Shown here: piece by piece, positions 38,469-51,951 of the stretch
How positions within the stretch are numbered: the stretch's first letter is position 1
How the letters are laid out: each line of letters opens with the position of its first letter
DNA from: Sphagnum compactum
Lineage: Eukaryota
Reading direction: 5' to 3'
DNA length: 64,000 nt
Assembly (NCBI GenBank): GCA_965153455.1
Contig: OZ234494.1
Coordinates: forward strand, 2,604,001-2,668,000
Notes under the pieces: generated by a model
What the model was told of the DNA's origin: nothing
Databases searched by the model: none
What the model saw: the letters and a program-made list of their open reading frames with translations, nothing else
Position numbers and translations under genes: made by a program

Positions 38469-41019
38469 ATTTGTGCTTACAACAAAATTGGCCTTTTTGT
38501 CCTCTTCATTTTTTCCAATGTGCAAAATGTGAAACGAGTAGCCAAAAAAGTCCTTTTTCTTAAAAAATCTACTGAATCAACTTACCGGGCACCCACCAGT
38601 GCACCATCAAGGATGGATGATATGTGATCTGGAAACAGTTTTCTGTTAGGTTCCAGTTCCCTAGCTAACCATGGTGCTGAGCTCAGTTGCTTTATTTACT
38701 ACCTACCAACCAGGTAGATAGTAAATAACAACGGCCCCTACATACTATGTTTAAACTCCCTACTTACCTATTGTCCCCTATTTTGTTATTTACCTGTCTG
38801 TATGTTAAAGTTACTGCTTACAAAATGAGTTATCAGGATGAAACTGGGTAGTAACTCAGTTGAAGATCATCCACAACTGAGTCATAACATGCATTGAGTG
38901 GATGGTGTACTTGTAAAGTTTTATAGTAACTTTACAAGTAGGAGCAGTGAAAATATATGTAACAACAGAGGAGGCGCTAAAGAAAAAGGAAAGACACAGT
39001 GAAAGCTCAGTTCACCACAAAAACTAAAGTCCCCCCCACCCTTGAATGCTAATGTCTTTTGTTTTTCTTTTTCTTTTTTCTTTTAGGGTAGGTCTTTATT
39101 TTTTGAATTTCACCCTATTTATGATCAAACTTCACTCAGTGTTCTAGTGTTATTTTCCTTACTTTACAAATAATTTTATTAAATGCCTTTAATGACCATA
39201 CTTTCTTGCAAAGTCATAAGAATTAGTTGTGGGTGTAATTTTGATTTTTTTTTTTTTGCAATGTGTCATTTAGCTGGCTTATCATCAAAAACATTATGAA
39301 ATCTCCCCTCCTCAAGTAAAAATCACATTGTTTTATAATTACATTATTTTACATAGCCATGTAAAATTATATAAATATATATTTTTCACATTTACATTGT
39401 TTTATCGGACGATGTAGATTTATACAAATATGTTTATTTTTACATTTACATTATTTTACATGACATAAAATGAGTTTACACAATTTTACATTTACACATT
39501 TTATATTTTACACTTATACTTACACAAATATAAATGAATATTATACACTTGCATGGAATGTAAATAAATTTCATTATGAAATTTACACTTATCATTCCTA
39601 AACTATTTACACACATAACACTGATTTGAACATTTGCAACTTTGAACTTCAAACACATGAAAGGTCAAGTTACTAAGTTCATGCATCCTTTATAACTTAT
39701 TTTTTTGTATGGGGTGTGTTATTTTGTTTTAGAGATGTAGACCTTCTCTAACTATTATGAATGTTGTCATCATTTTAATGTCAACAAATTTGAGATTACT
39801 TGGCTTGTGTACAAAATATGTCGTAGTTAAAAATTGTCGTATGTTGACTAGATAACATTTCAAGAGTCGGACATTATAAAACTAGCATTGGAAACATGTA
39901 AAGGTCCTACACTTGTTGTGGACATTTGCAAACATCATCACTTTCTTCCTTCCTATCGCATATTCTAATTAACCATGAATTGACCAAATAATAATAGCAT
40001 GTACTAAACACAACGCGTTAATTTGACTTTTTGTAAGTTTTTGCAGTCTTTTAATGTAAATAGTTTGTGAAGAATGCTGTTATCAAAAGATGATTTATAG
40101 TTTTTAGATCATCTCTTTATTCAAATCTAGCAAATTATTATTTCTATGATCAAAAAGTCTTTCAATTTTTGCTTGTTACAACAAGCACAACAAAAACTAA
40201 ACTATTACACTTCTACATATAAAATGTCAACTCAATTTTCACTTTCATCCCTATATCAACAACATTTTCATAAATAAATCATCAAAACTACCACATGACA
40301 AATCCATAAGTTTAACTCATATTGGTTTATATTCGCTAAAGGTAGGACTCTTAGTTAAAGAATTTGAATTATTATTAATATAAATTAAAATGCAAATATT
40401 AAAACACATCCATTTAACTGACTTGATTTAAGCATTTAAAATGAATAATTGTTTCACAAGGTCACAATGTCATTTGCATTTGAACCCAAGTGAAAATCAA
40501 GTCCCAACAAAACACAATGAATGCACAATTCCAAAAAGGGATGTTGAGGTGTTTTGAAAGTTGATCAAAATAATACCCCATGATAAAATGATCGTCAAAT
40601 GTTGATGGCAAGTGTTTACATCAATACCTTTTTGAAATAAAAGGCATCATGTCCCAGTGTGAAAATGTGTGCATGCGATTGACAACAAGGTAATTATAAA
40701 TAAAGTCATTAATATTTAATAGTAAATATTAAGGTAATAATGATAATTTTTGTTTTACTTTATTGTGTATCAAAATGACAATGTATCAATGCATCATGTT
40801 CCATCATGCATTATATTATCATGCATCATGTTATGTCATCAACATAAATCCCATGGTACATATGTATTGTGTAAGCAAAGGTGGCAAAATTTTCAATATG
40901 ACTACATGGATAAAACACTACCATGTTTTTTAATGTTTTTAGTTTTATGTTTACTATACAACAATTGTTAATATATCAAAAAATATGAATATATTAAAAT
41001 TTCAAAATACATTGACAAG

Positions 41020-41985
41020 ATATTATCACATTTCCAAGTTCATGAGCAAGGTAAAATAATTATTAATTTAATAAAAACCATCAATCTACTATTGACACAT
41101 GGTGTGAACAATATATTGAATGTATTATTAATATTTCACACTTGAAAAATAAATCACTAAATATGAAAACTTGACACCTAGTATATATTTACCACCACTT
41201 TCCAATCATAACTAATTATTATTTACCATATGTTCTTGATACATTAAGGATTTGTTGATACATTAAAGACTTTTCGACACATTTACACATAAAAAGAGCC
41301 TAAAATTTTTCAAAATAAATGAACAAAAGGTTGTCACATTTCCAACTTTATGCATAAGCTAGAGCAATTATTAATTTAGTAAAAAATCATTAATTTATCA
41401 TCTACACATTATGTGAGCAATACATTGAATGTCTTATCAATATATTTTCACACTTGAAAATTAACCTTACATATGAAAACTTAACACTAATATACATTCA
41501 TCACCATTTTTTATTATAATTAACTATTATTTACAAGATGTTGTTGATACACTAAGGATTTATTGATAAATTAACGATATGTTGATACATTAAAAACCTT
41601 TTGATGCACTAAATTTTTTTCAGCCCATCTAAACATTTTGAAAATTTTCCCATAGGAAGGTTGGGAAAATTTTCAAAATGTGGTTACAAGATATTGCCAC
41701 ATTTCCAAGTTTATGGGTAAAGTAAAATCATTGTTAATTTACTCAAAAACATCAATACACTACTAACACATGGTGTGAACAATACGTGGAATGTATTACA
41801 AGCAATCCACACTTGAAAAATGAATAGTTACATATAAAAAATTTGACATCTATTATACATTTCTTGCCACTTTTCAACTTTAAATAGTTGATATTTGCAT
41901 TTTTCAATCTATTATAGATATTTATTGAACTTTCAATGAAAATTCTTTTACAAATTAGGGTGTGGGGTCACATTTTTCAAGCTTT
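41020..41985. repeat. AT-rich satellite, three diverged units of about 310-360 bp plus a partial fourth
   Basis: cacatttccaa.tt.atg ... acacat..tgtga.caata...gaatgt...cacacttgaaaa at about 41027, 41335 and 41698, with a partial copy near 41969. Confidence 0.85.
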
Positions 41986-43023
41986 TGCAAATCAAATTAC
42001 ATGAGCTTCCTCTTCACATGTTCCTATGTTATTCCAAAGGTGTTTTTTAACACAATTCTATTGTTTTTACAAACATAACAACACATCTTGGGTTTTGTGG
42101 GTAGTTTAAAAATAACTATTATCTTTTTCGACTATGTTTACAAGTAGTTGGTCACAGAAATTATTATATTATTATTAAAGGACATCAAAATGCCATGTGA
42201 TATCATGGTTTTACAACTATAGTCAATATGACAACTTATTCAATTTTTAAATATGTATATAATATATATTAATATATTTGAATGATTTAAATTTAAACTT
42301 TCAAAAATACCATTTACTTTTGCAATAGTCATGTTTAGTCAAATTTTGTCAAATTTAACAAAGTTTAACTTAAATAACCATGGTTAACCATGGTTTAACA
42401 AAATTTACTTAAATATCATAGTTTAACTTAATTAATTTAAAATTTGCTAAATTTTATCAAGTTTATCTTTAATATCGTAGTTTGGCCAAATTTATCCGAA
42501 TTTAATTTAAACAATTGTGTTTAACCTAATTTAATCAAGTTTAGCCTATTTTATCTTAATATAAATCTACGTTAATTTATGGTAAGTAAGTTTACATTTA
42601 AGTTAAGAATGACCATGTCACTTTAAGTTAACCTATGTTAATCAAGGTTAGGCTATTAAATAGCCTAAATTAACTTATGTCAAGCTAAGAATAGTTAAAT
42701 TAACTTGAGTTAAACACATTATTATTTGTAAAGTAATGACCAGTAATAGTTACAATATATAAATAATGTGACACAATGATTAAGGACTTGTTCCCCAAAA
42801 TGGAGGTGGGGAATTCAAGTCTTCCCATTTGCAAACCTAAACATCTAAACACTTAAACATTTAGATGTTTAAATATTTTGAGGGTTTGTTTAACCTATGA
42901 AGTTTTTTTAATGTTTAAGTTATGATACTTAGGGTAGGCTTTTTAAGTTAAACAGCTTAGGGTAGGTTTGCTAAGTTAGGCCCCTTAGGTTAAGAGGCTA
43001 ACATGTGACAATATTTGATTATA

Positions 43024-43406
43024 CGAGTGTTGTGACTCGTGGCTACGCCACTCCAGCCACCCGTGGCACCTCGCCCGGCCCCTCGCAGCAGCTGCCCTGG
43101 CCGCTGTTTTTTTTGGCCTCTCTGAGGACCTCGTTTCAGGTCCCCAACGACGGGTTTTCTTTCTGAGGACCTCGTTTCAGGTCCCCAACGACGGGTTTTC
43201 TTTCTGGGAACCTCGTTTCAGGTCCGTCTCGAGGTCTGGACCGAATACTGGCCACCTCGGTTCATGGCAATTTCTAAGAATTTGCTTTTCAAAGATGTTT
43301 CCCGACTGCCCTAACTACCGCCGGTTCCGTCGTAATGTTAAAACGCAGAACGTCTTGTGACACACAGACGGACACATAGACACCACGTTAGCTTTTATAT
43401 ATAGGA
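43024..43406 (-). mobile_element. Non-autonomous Helitron, 383 bp
   Basis: On the minus strand: host A | TCctatatataaaagc ... gtggc-gta-gccac hairpin ... CTCG | host T. There is no TSD. It is GC-rich within an AT-rich host and carries an internal 41-bp tandem repeat (ctgaggacctcgtttcaggtccccaacgacgggttttcttt, about 2.5 copies). The 3' end CTCG deviates from the usual CTRR. Confidence 0.75.
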
Positions 43407-45288
43407 TATATGTTTTTGATTTTTTTAAAATCGTAACATGTGACACTTTGTGAAGTTGTCATGTGTCTTGCTAAATTTAGGATTATGTTTTTTGTGATTG
43501 TAATCATGGTGAATTGTAACCATTAATGTGGTTGCAACTAATGTGACTAGTGAGATTTACGATGTTATCATTTGGATTAGGCAATCATGTAATCATTTTT
43601 AGTCATAAATTACACATATGATTGGATTTTTGTAGTCCTAAATGTCACATTTTGGTGTTATGAGTACATCCATTTTTATAAAAAAATAATAATAATAAAT
43701 TCAAAAGAGTAAAAAATTATATATAAACTAATATAGCCATTTTCCCCCTCTCCTCTAGTATTCCAAATGCATAAAAAGACACATCCAAACATGTTTACAT
43801 TCTTCGACCATTTTTCTATTACAAGAAACATATATATATATTACGTTTTCATAATTTCCCCCTCTTTAATTGTAGATACATTTCCCTCTTAAGAAGAAAA
43901 GGTAAATTAAAATATGAAAAAAAACTCAATATAATATAATGATTAACAATCCCCTGTTATCTTCCTTTTAATCTTCTTTTCCTCATACAACATAATATGC
44001 ACATGCTTTCCATGAAAATGGGCCTTCCTTATCTTAATCCTTTTTAAAAATTTCTACATGATTCAAATGTACTATCACCAACCATTCATTGAACTAACAT
44101 TTTTTGTTTTTTATCATTTTCAATATGCATCGTAAATCACATTTTTTCAATAGTTCCAAGGATTTTATTATGTAACATTTCAACATCTGAAAAGATGGTT
44201 ACAATGTGATTAATAAAATCATAAACCATTGTTAGTATTTTTGAAAACCATAGATGTAATGTACCAAACAATTTTATTTACATATACACATTGGAAAAGA
44301 TTCACTGATAGCTATGGGGACCTACTAAGTGTCCAGCACCTCACAACGATGTATGAATCAATGAAAGGCATTGTCCTTACATTCCTCCCATCTATCATTG
44401 TTTTGAATTTGTCATAAACCATAGAAAAGATTTTGATTGAAGAACAACACGTCCTCTAAATCACACATTTGATAAGTTACTTTGCAATTATAAATTTCAT
44501 TCTTAATGTCTTTTCTTTTCTCATTTGTAAGATAAGAAATTATTATTAATGTAGGTGATGGAAATCTTAATTGATAATGGATTGGCAAAATACATATTGA
44601 CCTTCTTTTTAAAAGGTATTTACAATAATTTTCAACCATCTTAAATGGGGGATAAACAATTTTAATTCAACCAAATATTATTTATAAACAAATTTAACTT
44701 AATGTAACATAGTTAAACCAAATATAATTTAATGTAATCAAATTTAACCTTATATAACTTAGTTAAGTCAAGTATAGTTTAATATATTAAGTTTAATATA
44801 ATATAACCTAATTTAATCTACATTAAACCTAAATAATCTAGTTTAACTGAACTAGTTTAAGTTACCTAAGTTTAGTTTAAGAAGACCTCAATTTGGTGAA
44901 AATAACTTATGGAGGCCTAGGTTAGATTATTGGGTGTCCTAGGTTAACCTAAATCAACCTAAGAAGGCATAGGTTAATTTAAGCTTAAATTTTTTATTTT
45001 TTATATCTTTGTGATAATTTTATTAGTTATTAAAAAATGTGATGGTGTAATGGTAAAAAGCTTTCGCCCACAAAATGGAAGTGAGGAGTTGTATTCTTCT
45101 TACCTTTATCCTATATGCCCCTTAGGTTTATAAGGAATTGTGAATGAGCTAGCTTTCTTGAAAGGAAGTTAAGTGGTTAACATTGCTTAAATTATTCTTT
45201 AAACCTAAATTAGGTCATTTAGTTTAGTCTAACATGTAGGTTAGGTCGTATAGCCTAGGGTGTTTAGCATAATATGTGGTTTAAATTA

Positions 45289-45439
45289 GGTCCATTATGA
45301 AAAATCATGTCCTTTGCAACTTGTCCTATGCAACTAAAAAATGTCTTTTAGAACTATTTTGAGTTGTAAACTAATTATAAAAGATATTTTTTAATTGCAT
45401 AAGACAAGTTGCAAAGGACATGATTTTTCATAATGTCCC
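45289..45439. mobile_element. Palindromic MITE of about 150 bp
   Basis: Arms cattatgaaaaatcatgtcctttgcaacttgtcctatgcaactaaaaaatgtctttta and taaaagatattttttaattgcataagacaagttgcaaaggacatgatttttcataatg are about 58 bp with 3 mismatches. The left flank is TTA. Confidence 0.8.
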
Positions 45440-45649
45440 AAATGTTATTATTTGACTAAAAGTTAACTGTCACGTGACATCATATAATTGAATAGGAAAA
45501 ATAATTTCATTAATTTAGATTATCATGTATCAACTCTTAAATGGTTAATAAAATTTAAAATTTATCCTAACCTACCACATGGTAAATAAAAATTAATCAA
45601 AATAAATTATAATGATATTTTTAAATTATATTTTGGTTATTGAAGATGT

Positions 45650-47400
45650 TTTGTAATCATGCAGGATAAAAGATTTAATTTGAATACAATAATCAAAGGA
45701 GTAAAGTTATGTATTATGTTACACCAATTTATTTTTACTTCATAACCATCTTTAAGATTATGTTCAAAAATTTGTGCCTAACATTGAACAAACATATTTT
45801 TTTTAATATCATAATCACAAAATATCATTAATTTACAAAGGTATTAGAAGTGCAAAATTTGTTAATTTTCATTATTTAATATTTATGTATGCATTCTCTC
45901 TTATGATGTTGATCATTAATGGTTGTTATTTTATGTTTTGAATCTGAATTTTATCAACATTAGAATGAAAATTCACAATGAAAATGTTAATAAACAAACA
46001 TTGATTGATAATAATTTCATTATAAAAAATAATTGCTTTGAATATTTTACCATCATTTGAACATTAAATTATGCAAAAAAAATGAAATTTTATTATAACT
46101 ATTGAGTCATTTTATTTTAAAAACATATTGGAATTTAAGTTTCACAATGTTATTAAATTGATTCATGCATTTTATATATATATAACATCACTATGAGAGT
46201 GATTAATTATATGTTAATTTTTTTAACATGACACATATTTAAAATCATTATTAATTATCTTTCCTCCATTGTCAATATTTGTGTTTTAAATCAATTTTGT
46301 GGGCATTGGTTGTTAAGAAATGCATTGTAATCCATCATATGGACAAGTTTAAAATTTAAGGGAGAAAATGAAGTTGTGTTTTCTTTTGGAAATTTAATGA
46401 AAAAGCATTTGAATATTGTGTGATGGAATAGACTTTAAGGTTTAAATGGGGTTATTGATTAAACCCAATTCAAATCTTGTTATAATATAAGTTGATATTA
46501 CCAAATATTTGATAATAAAATAAAGATATTTACCTTCGTTAAGAAATGGATGCATGAAGCTTTACTCCTAATTTTTCTATATTTCAAAATATTATTCAAC
46601 ATCAATGTAAGTTCAATTAAAATTTAACCAAATCCATAAACATGTTTCAAAAATTCAAATCAACTAAAACCAACATTCAACTTTGAGATTGAACTAGATT
46701 AACATGTCTTGAGTTCCAAATTGAAAAAGCTTTTATTCAATCATCATCTTGAATGTTTTAAAAACGATTTCCGAAATGATGTCAAGATTTGCACGTTATA
46801 ATTATTCATTATACAATATGTTCACAATTGAAAATAAAATTATACATTTGACTTAGGGTTTTCCACAAAAGTAATAACAATTGTGAAATTGAATCTTTAC
46901 AAATACATAAGGAACATGCAACAAAAATCCATTTTTTCAACTATTTGACAATAAGACGTGTAGGTTCAAAATTGATCCCAACAAACAAATGTGATTTCTT
47001 AATAATTTTTTTTTAAAAACTTTTTATTTGGAAAGCCAATGATTGCATTGGACTAAAAACATGCACAAAATTGATGAATTCATTTATAAATAATTTAAAA
47101 TGTGAAAGAACTTTTAATTGACCTTATTGTCAGAAACATTTCAATACAATAAATTAAGATTTTGAACTCATTAAATTTATATATTTGAATTCAGATTTCA
47201 ACATAATTTTATTTGCCTTCTATAAGATGCATGCTTTTGTTTTAGGGTAAAATTATACAATTATAAACCAAACTAGTAGACAAATTTTACTCAATTGGAC
47301 ACATCAACAACGACGAATGATATTGTTATGAAATCCCACACCTTAGTTGGGACAATATTGAAGTTCATGAATGCTTGTGAGAATATTAAAAACTCATTTC
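45650..47400 (-). mobile_element. Possible highly decayed Helitron Rep/PIF1-helicase coding remnant
   Basis: Weak frameshifted resemblances, in the expected order on the minus strand, to RKPK..RF..YN...NYY.EQ.L...PF.N (about 46770-46865), a Walker A region (about 46340-46410) and DE.S.VG..FLN.I (about 45755-45800). Recognised by eye only. Confidence 0.3.
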
Positions 47401-48993
47401 ACCCTTCCCAAACAAATGTTGTCAAACTGAATAATTTTCTACCTTGTATAAAAGAAAAATAACTTTCTTAAGAGCTTTCGAAAATGATAGTTTCTTTCTT
47501 GACACTTCAACATTGTCATTACAAATTCGCTTTTGAAACTTCAAAGTCAAAGATATCATTAGATTGATTGCATATTTTTCATTCTTTTGTTTGAAGGTGA
47601 ACAAATCCCCGAGTGCAAAATGATTACTTATGCTTTAAGATATTAGAGTTAACCTTAAAATCACCTTGGCTTTCAGCCCTTTTTCAATCCCAAAGCTCTC
47701 TAAGAACCCCGAATATCTCTACAAATGAATTTTTGTAAATTAAAACTAGATGTCAAATATTGTCAATCTTCATTTATGAGAACTTTGTTTCAACATTAAA
47801 GCATAGTCTCATCGATTATTAGGCCAAGAAAAATTGGGAGGCACAAATATTCAGAATCTTTCATTTGTTTGATTTCCAATAGTTTTGGTTGTTGATTTTA
47901 TTTGGTCAGAAACCATTCACAGTTCTATGACACAAGCTAGAAATTTGCTGTGATGGTTGGTTGGTATTGACATTCCTTTTTCCCCTCCAAGAACATGATA
48001 ACAAACAATGATAGAAGAAACACCTACTTGGTGGTGAAGATTTCCCCACACCCGATTTTCATCCATAGACAATTTTGCCACACCTGTTGCCTCGTGAAGC
48101 AAAGCAACCAAGACCACATTCACTTTGAGCAAAAAAGCCTCACAATTGATTTCCGTGCAAATTAGGAGATAGTTTACAAAGTTCTCACTCTAAAAAAAGA
48201 AATACGTTCATAAATAATCCCTACCCTCAGGGTCTTTTGTGAACACAATGTGTCCCAACATTCTTAAATCCCTTGTAGACTCTCTACATGATGACCAAGA
48301 TGAATGCTCCAACACTACAGGAATGAGTATAGCTTGATGAATGTGCATCATTAATATATACATTACACAACTGTCCCCTCATGCAAGTACATCAAGTTGG
48401 GGAGTGGCAGATAAGTACATCAGAACAAATTTGATAGTTGTTGGATGAAAGTTGTACCAAAATAATGTCACCATCACATAGTAGACTCTGCACAGCAGAA
48501 AATTAGTTAAAAAGGAGCATTGACCTACTGAAATCAAAAACCGCATTAGCATTCCAAACAGCAACACATTGCACTTGAACTAAGTCTGAAGCCATATTAA
48601 TCTAAACGTATTACCTCTCCTGAAGGGTATCTGAGGGTATCTTACTTCCATGCCATTTGGGTGAGGAACCTAGACCAGGAATGAAAGAACTGCTATGATT
48701 GGTAGTCATAGCAGGCCCATTCCTGATCAACCCTTTTCTTATCTAAATCCATACTGGACACAGAATTACACAAGTCCACCACAACCCATGTTTTCCATGT
48801 GATATATCATGCACCATTCTTTGGTGCTAAAATGAATAGCTAATTCTTGCATGTGGTGAGTTTGATATTGCGAACTCAATATCAGGATCATGAATTTGTA
48901 TATGCAGTCTGCATTTATGAAGGGGTAAAGTATGGAACCTGCTGACATTGCTTGTTAATCTGTTGCTGAGAACAGCTGGAGACAGCAAGAGTG

Positions 48994-51942
48994 TCACAAA
49001 GGGCGATCTTTTCTAATGCCTGATTGTGCAAGTCCTCGCAACAATGTTTGTACTTCTGAAGAAAGGTCCAGCTTTCCCCCACCACTCTTCACAGCCTTGT
49101 CTTTGTTTTTCTCCAAACGCATTAGTGAGCCCTCACTTGCACAATCTGGGGCACTTGCTGTAGGTCGTGGTGAGTAGGTTGTGCACCATGACCTTCCATC
49201 AGAACCAGCCAATGACACAATAGCCTCTGCCTGCAGTGACAAATTAAAACTGCTGTTTTAAGAACAGTGCACTTAAATCCACAGCACATCAGTAGGCCCT
49301 ACTCAAGTTCAGAAAAGTCCAATGTCAATGAGCCAGAATACAGAAAGTTGATATCAAGCCCATTAGTTTCAGTCTCAAACTCATTGCCAGTAACTGCAAA
49401 GTAGTGAATGATTATGTTCCCCTTGCTGCCTGTGTTCATATGACACTATCATACAGGAAAAGAGGGAAACACTTGCCAAGAAAAACTGCGAGGAAGCTTA
49501 CATATATTGTTCTGGAGCTCTGCTATTCTTGATAACAGAGATCTCACAAAAAGACAGACCTAAACCATAACCCCATCGTGAGGGGTCTTACAACAAGCTT
49601 CCAAAAAAGTGCAAACTGGGGGGATAGGTTGGTGCTTACCTTCTCAGGAGAGATGTCATCATACACATGTGCTTGCCCTCCATAGAATATTGTAAGCTGG
49701 CGACTAGCAGGAGAAGCACCTTGATGACTGCCAGCCAAGGTGCAATCATATCTATAAGACTGCAGAAAAATTTCCTGAACAATAATCCAAAGGGTAACAC
49801 AACAAGTGTGGTCATAACTTCATGAGAGTCACTCACAAAGTGTCAGACCATCACCTTCATCACAATGGCAGCCATGACTACCCCTTGACTCCATCAGCTC
49901 CCAACGCTTGGTGTAGATAAGTATATAACAATCAGATCAAAATTTTGGGCAAACCATTCGTGCGTGTCCTGAGTTTCTGTTGCATTCCAGAAGCAACATG
50001 AAGACCCAGTCATGATGTTGGTTGGCATTCAAGACAAATAGCTAATAAACGATTAGTATCCTCATCCAAGCTGCGACAAGCTTGTCAGGGTAAACTTCAT
50101 TTCATTTTATCTTGTCCCTATACATGCAAGCATCCAAGGTGCAATCAATATACAACTTTCAGCCCTGCAGATTTGATCAAATTGCAAAGCCACAGCAGTT
50201 GAAGACACCTTGAGAAGCACACTGCCAAGCAAACTGCTTCCAATGACTCAAACACACCAAACATGAAAAGGCTGTGATCCCATGCAACAAACACCATCCA
50301 TGTCTGTACTGCTGAAAAATTGAACTGACTTCGGATATAAGTACCCTGATTGTAGCATAGAATCTCCACTGCGAGTAGATGACTTCAACTGCTTGGAAGC
50401 TGGGGGTGTTCCACTTGATCCAGTTGCCGCAGGAGCAGCTGACTCATGGAGAAGTCCTGCACTACGGAGAAGGCCAACTAAAGGTGAACTTTTGAGTCCT
50501 GTTCGAGATCCCTCATCTTCAGCTGGGTGCCCAATCTGAGGACTATTCTCCTTGGGAGCTGTGGCAGCAGCTGTTTCTGTTATTGCATGTGAGGGGCGTA
50601 GACGTCGCATTGGAAGCCCTGGATTACTAAAGAGTGGCTTCAAGCTTTCTGTTTTCTTGCCCTGCCGGTTGGAAACATCTCGCTTCAAATTTTGCTGATA
50701 CCATGTAGGACTCTTTGTTGATGGTTGTGGGGGTTGCATAGAGAGGTGCAAATTGTTGGCTGATGGTGGACTCTCCCTATAGTCGAGGACCTTCTCTTTC
50801 TTTTGCTTGTCAAACCGAGCTGTCTGTCACAACAATGTGCTGATGAGAAAGTGGACTAAGAAATGTAATTCTGAAACAGAAGATGGATTTAAAAGTAGTA
50901 ATGTACGTGTTGTACCCTACTAAACAAAATAATCGAAGAGAACAGTTACTTAAGCTCAAAACTGCAGCCTGTAAAAGCTAAGCATGCCAGTAAGTACCTT
51001 TTGAGAGCGAGAGCTCTCAAGAGCTTCCACTAGGCGATCCTGCAGTGACTCCCTGCCACAGGGAGACTCCCTTTTTTTTGACAATTTGCTGCTATCCAAC
51101 TCTGGCTTGTAGAATGCACTCTTAATACCATGGTGCTGAATTGCTCCTGCCTTGCCCCTCTGCCAATACACTGTGGCACAGAATTGGCCATGCATAGTTA
51201 GTCCTTTGCCTTTGAAGTCAAAGTGGTCAATGGCACACACAAAATGTGCCATTCACTATCAGCAAGCCCATCTCACTTCCCTTCTCCGGAACATGGTTAA
51301 CAAGATTGTAAATGCTTGCCTGCAGGCCACATTCTATACAAGCATTCATGGCACCAATTCCAGAATGAAAATTAGGATCCAAGGTAGCAGCAACTCAAAT
51401 CACATGAGCTTGACGTTAAGTGGAATTTACTTGATGACTGGAGCAAAAAAGGAAGACTGCCTCCACGCAAGAGAAAGAAAACAGAGTGAGGAAAATACTA
51501 CACTGCAGTTCACACATGAAATTCCTTGAGATCTCTGACATGCACACAACTTTGGGTCCCTACCAAAACCAAAAACATGCATGAACTCCAAGCTCAGAAA
51601 TGACATTGACCTTGGTGAATGAAGGGGAGTTAACAATGAGTATGTGTGAGAAGCGAAGTGAGTAGTCACACCTGGTTCTGCAGAGGTAGTAGCTGGGGCC
51701 AAGCCAAAAGGAGGGGAGACAAAGTCAGGAGAATTTCTGGTCTCCACTTGACCAATTGTTCCAGAAAATGCTCTGGTTGCAAAGGTTTCAGGATCAACTT
51801 CAACCTTGAGGCTAGGACCACTGCGGAAATCTTGTAACGCATCTGATGATGGAAACTCTACCTGTTTGACCTCATCCATATGGCTAAGGCCAAGAAAATC
51901 CCGAAACATGGGTTGATCCTTTTCAGCCATGAGCAGACTCAT
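48994..51942 (-). CDS. TIFY8: TIFY8-like ZIM/TIFY-domain protein lacking a Jas domain, about 423 aa
   Basis: Exons: 51942-51672 (PMFRDFLGL, like the TIFY8 N-terminus), 51170-50998 (KKRE...ALESSRSQK), 50823-50345 (LHLSMQPP), 49751-49640 (SRQLTIFYGGQAHVYDDISPEK) and 49230-48994 (AEAIVSLAGSDGRSWCTTYSP...). The exon 4 acceptor is ambiguous (49751 or 49759), and the start could be 51930. Confidence 0.9.
49805..50070. repeat. Dispersed noncoding element, copy B, in TIFY8 intron 3
   Basis: Collinear block homology to 3571-3936, in the same orientation. Confidence 0.8.
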
Positions 51943-51951
51943 TGTGGACAG

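Noticed and set aside
42768..42835. tRNA gene
   Set aside because: The A/B boxes are degenerate and no cloverleaf can be formed. Treated as a repeat-borne tRNA-like relic.
49055..49075. EAR motif in the TIFY8 tail (KLDLSS)
   Set aside because: It does not complete LxLxL or DLNxxP.
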